Positions 8,302 to 15,871 of a stretch of DNA of 32,060 bases are shown here, piece by piece (position 1 is the first letter of the stretch; each line of letters opens with the position of its first letter). Source of the DNA: a virus. Its lineage: Duplodnaviria > Caudoviricetes. The DNA lies in the IMG/VR virus record IMGVR_UViG_3300030060_008055, positions 1-32,060 of that record. One strand, given 5' to 3'. Under the pieces are notes generated by a model that made no database searches, had not been told where the DNA came from, and saw only the letters and a list, made by a program, of their open reading frames with translations. A program made the position numbers and the translations under genes.

Positions 8302-9090
8302 TTACTTATTGTTATGAGGCAAGAATTGAGTTCCAACATTACCCTTAAAAGCATAATTTCCGTAGTGAGTCATGCCTGACATTATATCAGCATAGATTTT
8401 ACCACCCATATTTTGCCATAAACGGCAGAAAGCGTAGTCCTCAGATAGATATCTTTTTGTTTGTGGCTCTATCATAGTGTCAAAAAAAGCATAATTCCAA
8501 TCAGAAGTTTCATGATAATTAAACTCTGTATCGTGAGATTGGTTGATGTGCTGATCAGGTTTAAATTTAAGATCTGGATATATTCTTGCCATACGTTCAA
8601 ACACTTCTCTTTTAATCATCATGAAACCCGTAGGTCCATCAAGCACCTCAATAAAACCTTTGTCCAACATTATTTTATCAGGATTTTTTACATTTAAATT
8701 ATATTGTAATGACGCTGCAAGCAGTTCATCTTCTGATATTTCTGGATTTTTTTTCAGTCTATTTTTAACCTTTATCCAATCTATCGTTTTTCTTGGATAA
8801 ATTCCTGTCACTATTTCTTTATTATATTCTAACATTCTAATTACAGAGTTAGGGTTAAAAGCTAAATCAGAGTCTATAAATAATAAATGTGTATAATCAC
8901 CATCCATGAATAATTGAACTAAAGTATTACGTGCTCTAGTAATCAATGATTCATTACCTATCGTTCCAAATTGTAGTTCTATCTTTTTAGTTGCTGCTAG
9001 AGCAACAAGTTGCATGCAACTTTTAAAATAATCAGCTGTTAACATACCGCCATAACAAGGTGTGCCTATAAATATTTTATGTTGTTGCAT
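8302..9090 (-). CDS. GT-A fold (GT2-like) glycosyltransferase
   Basis: KIFIGTPCYGG, ESLITRARN.LV..F, HLLFIDSD (DxD), TGFMMIKREVF and YLSEDYAFC..W...GG.I motifs. Confidence 0.8.
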   Translation of the reverse strand: MQQHKIFIGTPCYGGMLTADYFKSCMQLVALAATKKIELQFGTIGNESLITRARNTLVQLFMDGDYTHLLFIDSDLAFNPNSVIRMLEYNKEIVTGIYPRKTIDWIKVKNRLKKNPEISEDELLAASLQYNLNVKNPDKIMLDKGFIEVLDGPTGFMMIKREVFERMARIYPDLKFKPDQHINQSHDTEFNYHETSDWNYAFFDTMIEPQTKRYLSEDYAFCRLWQNMGGKIYADIMSGMTHYGNYAFKGNVGTQFLPHNNK

Positions 9091-9358
9091 ACTCTACTTT
9101 TAAATACTCTATTTTTCTTACCCAGCCTCTTGGTATCGCTATCGCTCCACCACCATGGTCATCATCTTTGTCTACGCACCAAGATCGCATTATTACAATT
9201 TTGTCATCATTATTAACAACCATATATCCTACCTCTTGGCACACGGCTAACGGAGCGTTTACAATATCTTTAATATGTAACCAGCCCGTTTCTGTATCTT
9301 TAGCATCTAACCAAGTTATTCTAACCATTGGATATTTAATAATGTCAAAGCTTGCCAT
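9077..9358 (-). CDS. Hypothetical protein (93 aa)
   Basis: Overlaps both neighbours. Carries a V.I.W.DA...GW...C...G...IP.G.V pattern seen in small phage proteins. Confidence 0.7.
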   Translation of the reverse strand: MASFDIIKYPMVRITWLDAKDTETGWLHIKDIVNAPLAVCQEVGYMVVNNDDKIVIMRSWCVDKDDDHGGGAIAIPRGWVRKIEYLKVEYATT

Positions 9359-9872
9359 CTTTTTTTTCAGCTTCTTTATAAAAAATATTTAACGTATATC
9401 TTTCACTGCTTTCGCCAAATGATTGTAAGTCGGAATGAGGTATTATACTACCGTTAAAAAACAAAGCCCTATTTTCAACAAAACCAATGTGTGAAGATAA
9501 TTGATCTTTTCTCATAAATCCCGTGCCATTGTTTAAAAGTGGCTCTCCTTTTACAAACAAAAGTAAGTTTGCAACATTACCTTTCTCGACATCAACATGA
9601 AACAAAGGCTCTTTGTTGACTCGAATATGTGCACTAACAGATATTGGCTCTAAGTCTCTGTTGGGAAAAAAATAGTTTTTTATTAAATTTAATAAGGGGT
9701 CACTGTGAAAACTGTGTGGAAATGTATGTCTTCGTCCATATATTTGACCCTCTGGATTTTTTACTTCAGTGTATTTAATTTTTAAAAAAGTTTCTTGTAA
9801 TGACTCCAGCGTTTCTTGTGATAAAAAATTGTCAACGTACATCACAAATTCTGTATTTTTATTATGGTTCAT
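9345..9872 (-). CDS. 2OG-Fe(II) dioxygenase-like protein
   Basis: YVDNFL, FHVD, NGTGF, GFVENRALFF...H......RYTLNIF. Confidence 0.75.
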   Translation of the reverse strand: MNHNKNTEFVMYVDNFLSQETLESLQETFLKIKYTEVKNPEGQIYGRRHTFPHSFHSDPLLNLIKNYFFPNRDLEPISVSAHIRVNKEPLFHVDVEKGNVANLLLFVKGEPLLNNGTGFMRKDQLSSHIGFVENRALFFNGSIIPHSDLQSFGESSERYTLNIFYKEAEKKDGKL

Positions 9873-10543
9873 GAAGATACTGGTGTTTCATCTTTTTTTA
9901 TTAAATGTAAATTAAATGAAACGGATCTTCTTTCTTCATCCTTTGTTCTAAATGGGTATACGCCGTGCGCTAACCAATTAGGAAATAAAAAAATATCTCC
10001 TACTTTTGGTGATTCTTGATGTTTGTGACCACTAAAAGTAGCAGCTTGACCATTAAACCAACAAATATCTCCAACAGTTGGGTAATGATCTTCTTTTGCG
10101 TATTCTTCAGGTAAACTTGGAGGAACTCTTAAATAACACACTCCAGAAAGTTGACCCTCGTGTATATGAAAAGGATTAAAATCTCCAGCCCATTGACTGA
10201 CAACCCACATAGATTCTATAATCATTTTGCCTACGAATTCAGGTTTAATTGTTTCACTAGCTGGTGGTATAGAAATATAATGTTTAACCATCTCTCCTAT
10301 AAGTTGTGCCATAGGTAAAAATTCTTCAGTATTCATCCACTCTTGTGGAAACCTTACCTCTTGTTTAACGTTGCCTGCTAAATTACTTGAATGATCAAAT
10401 TGTTTTGAAAGTTTTTTATCGTCGAGCATTTCAGTTGACTTTTTATCTAACATGTTTGTTATGAAATCAGGCATTTTGCCCCTCATTATTGTGGGACCGA
10501 AAGGTCTAATTGTATCAAATTGTAGTTTTATTTCTTTCTGCAT
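9869..10543 (-). CDS. Putative 2OG-Fe(II) oxygenase (TIGR02466-like)
   Basis: W.VSQ..GDFNPFHIH.G.LSGV.YL.VP, P.VGD..LFP.WL.H.VYPF....ERRSVSFN. Start moved to ATG 10543, which lies 8 nt after GGAGG. Confidence 0.85.
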   Translation of the reverse strand: MQKEIKLQFDTIRPFGPTIMRGKMPDFITNMLDKKSTEMLDDKKLSKQFDHSSNLAGNVKQEVRFPQEWMNTEEFLPMAQLIGEMVKHYISIPPASETIKPEFVGKMIIESMWVVSQWAGDFNPFHIHEGQLSGVCYLRVPPSLPEEYAKEDHYPTVGDICWFNGQAATFSGHKHQESPKVGDIFLFPNWLAHGVYPFRTKDEERRSVSFNLHLIKKDETPVSS

Positions 10544-10565
10544 TCGAATCTCCTCCATTTATCTA

Positions 10566-10594
10566 TTGTCATATAGCAATAATTTGCCTATAAA
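10566..10594 (+). promoter_or_regulatory. Putative sigma70-like promoter of the internal virion protein operon
   Basis: TTGTCA (10566-10571), 17-nt spacer, TATAAA (10589-10594), in a divergent gap. Confidence 0.5.
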
Positions 10595-10677
10595 TATATG
10601 ATTAAATTGGTTAAATCTTCAAGTTCATCCAAGCTTGCCTTTCAACAAACATAAAGTTGCTAAACAAAGGATTATGC

Positions 10678-11709
10678 ATGACTGATGAACAATTTTTACA
10701 ATCAATCCCACGGTATGGTATCGGCGGTTTTGTTGGTAAAATATTTAAAAAAGTAAAAGATACTGTAAAAAAAGTAGCTCCTATAGCAGGCGCAGGTATT
10801 GGCTTTATGCTCGGTGGATCTGCTGGCGCAGGTATTGGATCTGGTATCGGCAGTTTAATTGCTGGTAAAAGTGTAAGCGAGTCATTAAAGAATGCCGCTC
10901 TTGGTTACGGCATTGGTTCAATTGCTGGAAGGTTTGGGCCTTTACAAAAATTTGCTGGAAGAGGTATCGGCGGTAGATTTGCATTTGGTGATGATTTTAA
11001 TGTTTTAAATAAATTAATGCCTAGAGCAGCAGAAACTTTAACAACTAGTGACGGAGGTACAACTCCACTAAAATATTTAGTAGACAATGGTATTGAAGAG
11101 GAAGCAGCTAAAAAAATTCTTGAGAATCCAGAAATGGAAAAACTAGTCACTAAAAAAATTATTGAAGGGACAGGAAAAGAGACAGCTAAAAAAGCTGGTA
11201 GTTTACTAAGTAAAGCAGCAACTGGTCTTACTGTTGCCGCACCTATTATGACCTATCTGGAAGCTAAAAAAGCTGAAGAAGATTTTGTACCTGGTGATCC
11301 TTATGCATTAAATCCTTTTTATTATTCTGACCCACAACAATTTCAAGTTGCGGGCATAGGTGTCAAACCATACTATATGGATGACTTGCAAAATTATTTT
11401 GGTGTTCCAAGAGAAGATTTACCAAGCGATTTCATTAGAGCAAAAGATGGTGGCGGAATAATGAAATTGGCTAATGGATCAGATATGAAGTTTCCTAGAA
11501 AGACAGGCGCCATCAATGGTCCGGGCACCGGGACAAGTGATGATATACCAGCTATGTTAAGTGATGGTGAATTTGTGTTTACTGCAAAAGCAGTTCGTAA
11601 TGCTGGTGGAGGCGACAGAAGAGCTGGCGCAAAAAGAATGTATCAAATGATGAAAAATTTAGAAAAAGGTGGTACACTATCGCCACAATCAAGAGGAGTA
11701 GCAGCATAA
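10678..11709 (+). CDS. Putative internal virion / DNA-ejection protein (343 aa)
   Basis: ATG at 10678 after AAAGGA. Glycine-zipper hydrophobic segment. C-terminal GPGTGTSDDIPAMLSDGEFVFTAKAV motif is known from tape-measure and internal virion proteins. Confidence 0.6.
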   Translation: MTDEQFLQSIPRYGIGGFVGKIFKKVKDTVKKVAPIAGAGIGFMLGGSAGAGIGSGIGSLIAGKSVSESLKNAALGYGIGSIAGRFGPLQKFAGRGIGGRFAFGDDFNVLNKLMPRAAETLTTSDGGTTPLKYLVDNGIEEEAAKKILENPEMEKLVTKKIIEGTGKETAKKAGSLLSKAATGLTVAAPIMTYLEAKKAEEDFVPGDPYALNPFYYSDPQQFQVAGIGVKPYYMDDLQNYFGVPREDLPSDFIRAKDGGGIMKLANGSDMKFPRKTGAINGPGTGTSDDIPAMLSDGEFVFTAKAVRNAGGGDRRAGAKRMYQMMKNLEKGGTLSPQSRGVAA

Positions 11710-12632
11710 TGGTTGAAGAGTACATACAACGAGAAGCCCCAGATATTGAAGCCCGTAAATTAGGGCTAATGGATGCTGCGAAAGCCTTAACAGAAAAAGG
11801 TTACGAAATACCAGAATATATTTTAGCTGAACTTACTCAAGATCAAAAAGATGCTTTAACTTTAGCTAGACAAGGTATTGGGAGTTTTAAACCATTTTTA
11901 GACACCGCACAACAAGCGTTAACAACTGGTTTAGGAACTACTCAACAAGCAATTAATCAACTAGACGCAGTCAGAGGTGCTCCAACGCAAGCTGATTTAG
12001 ATCCGTTTATGAATCCGTTTCAACAAGCTGTGATAGACGCTACTATGGCTGAGTTAGACAAACAAGGAGCATTAGCGCAAACTCAATTAAGTGATCAAGC
12101 TCAAAGAGTAGGAGCATTCGGTGGAGCAAGAATGGGAGTTCAAGAAGCTGAACTTGCAGGTAATTTACAAGATGCTAGAGCAAGAGCATTAGCTCAATTA
12201 AATTTACAAAACTTTGCTCAAGCTCAACAAGGTTTAGCTACTCAAAGAGAAAGAGAAAGATTAGCTGCACTTGGAATAGGTGGTCTTGGTCAACAACAAG
12301 CAGCTCTAGGTCAAGGTTTTGCATCATTAGGACAACAAGCTCAAGCTTTAGGACAACAAGATGTTAGTCAACTATTAGGTATTGGTGGTGTTCAACAACA
12401 ATTTGCACAACAACAAGAGGATGTTAAGAGAAGAAATATATTAGAACCTTTAATGCAACCATATCAACAATTAGGATTCTTATCTGACATTTATCAAGGA
12501 GCCCCTACATCAGCTCAAGTTTTAACAACAGGCGGTGGTGGAACAGGCGCAAGCCCTCTACAGCAAGCTATTGGTGTCGGTATAGGAGCATTGTCTGGAA
12601 TAGCTGGTTTAAAGAAATTAGGAGTGTTTTAA
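11709..12632 (+). CDS. Gln/Ala-rich putative DNA transfer (ejection) protein (307 aa)
   Basis: FMNPFQQAVID, GAFGG.R, LGQQ heptads and a C-terminal Gly-rich hydrophobic helix. TAATG translational coupling. Confidence 0.6.
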   Translation: MVEEYIQREAPDIEARKLGLMDAAKALTEKGYEIPEYILAELTQDQKDALTLARQGIGSFKPFLDTAQQALTTGLGTTQQAINQLDAVRGAPTQADLDPFMNPFQQAVIDATMAELDKQGALAQTQLSDQAQRVGAFGGARMGVQEAELAGNLQDARARALAQLNLQNFAQAQQGLATQRERERLAALGIGGLGQQQAALGQGFASLGQQAQALGQQDVSQLLGIGGVQQQFAQQQEDVKRRNILEPLMQPYQQLGFLSDIYQGAPTSAQVLTTGGGGTGASPLQQAIGVGIGALSGIAGLKKLGVF

Positions 12633-15600
12633 TGTCGGTTTTAAATAGACCTATGTTTAACCGTACGTCAACCGTGGTTAATAGAAAAGATGGCTCACCA
12701 GAGAGAGGTGAGGTAAGCATGAATCCAGAACCTTTTTTAACTAATTTATTTCAATTATTTAAAAGACTTAATCCAAATTATGATGCTGAGACTGATGAAT
12801 TCAGACAAGAAAAATTTAGAGAAGAAAGAGATCAAGCTAAATTTAAAGCATTGGGTGAACTTTTTAGACAAATAAAAGAATCTGATCCAGAAAGTGTTTT
12901 ACGAGAAGGTGAGTTCGCTACAAAATCTAACACAAACGCAGATCAAGAATTAGTAGATTTATACAATGCTTTTTTAGCAGACAATATTGATGAAATGGAA
13001 ATGATGGAAGGTTTAGAAAAAGTAAAAGATAAAGATAGTGTTGTAAGAGAAGGTGAAAAAAAATTTTTAGACACTAAGGAAAAAGATAGTGTAGTAAGTG
13101 AGGCTTTAAATCAACAAGAACCGACAGCTCAACAAAACATTAGTAATATTTTTAATCAAATAAAAAAGATTAACGAGGATGCAGTGCTTAGAGAGGGAGA
13201 ATTTGCTACTGAACTTAATGCACCAGGCGTTAGCTCTGCGTTATTAAAACAATATAATGATTTAATTTCTAACAAAAAAAGCGACGTTACTAGAGAAGGT
13301 GAATTGCCATTTGATCCAAATGCAGTAACAAGAGAAGGTGAAAGATCTCTATTTGGAATTAGATTACCTTTTGCAGAAGGTGGAGAAGTCAATGGATTAA
13401 AAGATATTGAAATGAGATTTAGACAAGAGGGTTCTCCTCAACAAGGTGAAAAAGTAAATGCAGAAAATATTGGTATTATGGATGGTTTTGGTGAAGAGGA
13501 ACAATCTGAAATTGTAAAAAAAGGTGAAGAGGGAAAACAAAAAATAGATTCTGCTCAAGATTATTCTGAATTAATGAATTCTACTAGAGGTGATTCAGCT
13601 ACAGAAGAACAAAGAAGAGATGAACTTGCTCAGTATGTTGGAGAAAAAGATGCTGAACAAACTCCAGATAGTGTTTTAGCTTTAATACAACCATTAATGC
13701 AAATGTTAGACACTGAAGCTGGTACCACAGGTATAGCGATGTCTTCGCCAGCACAAATGACTATGCCTCAAGCTACACCACAAGCACAAGGTGGTATACC
13801 TGGTTTTAGAGATGGTGGGATAGTAAATAGACAAAATGGTTCATCAATTTTAGGTGAGATGTCTGGAACAGAAAATCAATATTTAATGGCCTCTGGAGAT
13901 CCAAGATTGCAAGAAATGGAAGATACAAAATTAGCTGACCAACTAGGTGTTTTTTATGATTTGTTTGCCGACACTAGTAGTGATGATAGCACTACTGACT
14001 CAGCTTTAAAAAAAAAATATGAAGAAAACTATAGAATTTTTAAAGAAATACTAGGAGGGCAAAGTCCCGGAAAAGAACAAATGCAAGGTGAAATGCTTAC
14101 ACAAGTGGTTGCGCCTCTAGCTTTTGCTTATGCACAAGGAGCGCCTTTGACTGAAATACTTGCTACAGGTTCACAAAAAGTTGGTCAGATAGCAACAGCA
14201 TACGATAAATTAAATAGAAAAGATGAAGCTGCAATACGTAATGCAGCACTTCAGCAATCTTTAAAAAAAGTAGAAGATCCTTTAATGAAAGTTTATTTGA
14301 GAGATAATCCAGATACTCCTGAAGATGAAAGTTTACAAGCTGTTTATAGGAAAACTTCTGAAATAGAAAACAATAAAGATTTATATACAGCTGATTCAGT
14401 AGCTGTAACTTTAGCTAATGTAGAAAAAATTAAGAGTGAAACAGAGGGAATAAAACGTGATAATGCAAGAAAAGATATCGAATTAAAATATGCAGATATA
14501 TTAGCACAACTTGATATCAATGCTCAAGAAGAGTTAATACAAGCAACAATAAAAGAAAATGAAATTAGAGACATTAATATTAATACATTACCAGATAAAC
14601 TAGAGGCTGAGATCAAAAGCATAGATTTATCTAATACAGAAAAATCGATAAATAATGAATTTGCAAGACCAAAGAAAATTTTGGAACTTGAATCGTTGAG
14701 TGTTGATATTGATGTAAAGCTACAAGATTTAAAAAGAAAAGAAATAGAAAATAAATACGCTGACAGATTAGCTAATTTAACTGGCGATAAACTCGAACAA
14801 GAGATAAATTTATTAAGTCAAGATTATGACTTCAATCAAAATAATAATATTTTGTTACTTGAACAGAAAAAAGCAGAGATAGATAATTTAAAACTTACTG
14901 GTGAAAAATTAGAATTAGAAAATGAATATCAAGGATTCCAAAATATAATTAAAGAAGAGGGAATAAATGATGAGATACAAGCAAAAATTTTAGACAATCA
15001 ATCTAAACAACTAGATATTATAGAACAACAAATAAATATTGAATATCTTCCAACAGAAAAAGATTTAGGAATTGAAAAACTAAAAACAGATATTGAAAAG
15101 ACTATTATGGATACAAAAGGTCAAAGTATAATTAATGACCAAGGTGTAATAGAATTAAATTTCCTAAATGACAAATTAACAAATGAAGCAACAAAACAGC
15201 TTTTAGAAATTGAACAGTTAGAATTTAAATTAAACAATCCAGAAAAAGATTGGAAAAAAGTAAGTGCTGTCGTCGATTATAAGGACAAATGGTACGATTC
15301 TGACATTTATAAAAATACTGCTGAAAGACAAGATAAAATGTTTGAACTTGTTAACTCTGCAACCGCTGACACAGGTGCTGGTGATATTGCATTTGTTTAT
15401 CAATTTATGAAAATGTTAGACCCTAATTCAGTTGTTAGAGAAGGAGAGTTTGCAACAGCTGAAACTGCAGGAGGTGTACCAGAATTTATTTGGAAAACTT
15501 ATAATAATCTTAGAGAAGGTGAGGGCAGAAGATTGTCTGGAACTACTAAAACAGAATTCTTAGATATTGCTGCAAAAATGTATATAAATCAACTCAAAAA

Positions 15601-15871
15601 TTATGATGCTGAATGGAAAACTCAATCTGAAATCGCTGGCAGATTATTTGGTGAAGATCAAATACAAAACGCTATACCATACTTAAATATAAATATGGAT
15701 TTAATAACTCAATTAACGAATAAAGACACTTTTAATAAATTCTTTAAAAGTGCTGGCTACGGCACAATAAGTGATGTTGGCACAGATCAAATATTATTTG
15801 GTGATGAAGAAATCAAAACAGGTTTTGAACAAATATTAGAAAATATTAAAGCACAAGGACAGGGGGAATAA
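12632..15871 (+). CDS. Large putative internal virion protein with repeats and long coiled coil (1079 aa)
   Basis: Acidic and helical. Repeated REGE motif, central coiled coil, and a C-terminal GDIAFVYQFMKMLDPNSVVREGEF domain. Operon context. Confidence 0.6.
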   Translation: MSVLNRPMFNRTSTVVNRKDGSPERGEVSMNPEPFLTNLFQLFKRLNPNYDAETDEFRQEKFREERDQAKFKALGELFRQIKESDPESVLREGEFATKSNTNADQELVDLYNAFLADNIDEMEMMEGLEKVKDKDSVVREGEKKFLDTKEKDSVVSEALNQQEPTAQQNISNIFNQIKKINEDAVLREGEFATELNAPGVSSALLKQYNDLISNKKSDVTREGELPFDPNAVTREGERSLFGIRLPFAEGGEVNGLKDIEMRFRQEGSPQQGEKVNAENIGIMDGFGEEEQSEIVKKGEEGKQKIDSAQDYSELMNSTRGDSATEEQRRDELAQYVGEKDAEQTPDSVLALIQPLMQMLDTEAGTTGIAMSSPAQMTMPQATPQAQGGIPGFRDGGIVNRQNGSSILGEMSGTENQYLMASGDPRLQEMEDTKLADQLGVFYDLFADTSSDDSTTDSALKKKYEENYRIFKEILGGQSPGKEQMQGEMLTQVVAPLAFAYAQGAPLTEILATGSQKVGQIATAYDKLNRKDEAAIRNAALQQSLKKVEDPLMKVYLRDNPDTPEDESLQAVYRKTSEIENNKDLYTADSVAVTLANVEKIKSETEGIKRDNARKDIELKYADILAQLDINAQEELIQATIKENEIRDININTLPDKLEAEIKSIDLSNTEKSINNEFARPKKILELESLSVDIDVKLQDLKRKEIENKYADRLANLTGDKLEQEINLLSQDYDFNQNNNILLLEQKKAEIDNLKLTGEKLELENEYQGFQNIIKEEGINDEIQAKILDNQSKQLDIIEQQINIEYLPTEKDLGIEKLKTDIEKTIMDTKGQSIINDQGVIELNFLNDKLTNEATKQLLEIEQLEFKLNNPEKDWKKVSAVVDYKDKWYDSDIYKNTAERQDKMFELVNSATADTGAGDIAFVYQFMKMLDPNSVVREGEFATAETAGGVPEFIWKTYNNLREGEGRRLSGTTKTEFLDIAAKMYINQLKNYDAEWKTQSEIAGRLFGEDQIQNAIPYLNINMDLITQLTNKDTFNKFFKSAGYGTISDVGTDQILFGDEEIKTGFEQILENIKAQGQGE

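Noticed and set aside
2845-8697. Plus-strand ORFs 2845-3069, 3581-3880, 5306-5587, 6039-6296, 7464-7736 and 8461-8697
   Set aside because: They are antisense shadows of well-supported minus-strand genes, with no recognisable motifs or convincing RBS.
4973-10560. TET/JBP-type DNA hydroxylase plus glucosyltransferase (base J / 5hmC) assignment for the oxygenase-GT cluster
   Set aside because: The motifs match P4H-like and TIGR02466-like families rather than TET/JBP as far as I can judge, and the context is structural. Kept only as an alternative to test.
12884-13342. AGAGAAGGTGA-like nucleotide repeats considered as a CRISPR or mini-array
   Set aside because: The repeats are in frame, irregularly spaced and synonymous-divergent. 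They are protein-level REGE repeats, and no cas genes are present.
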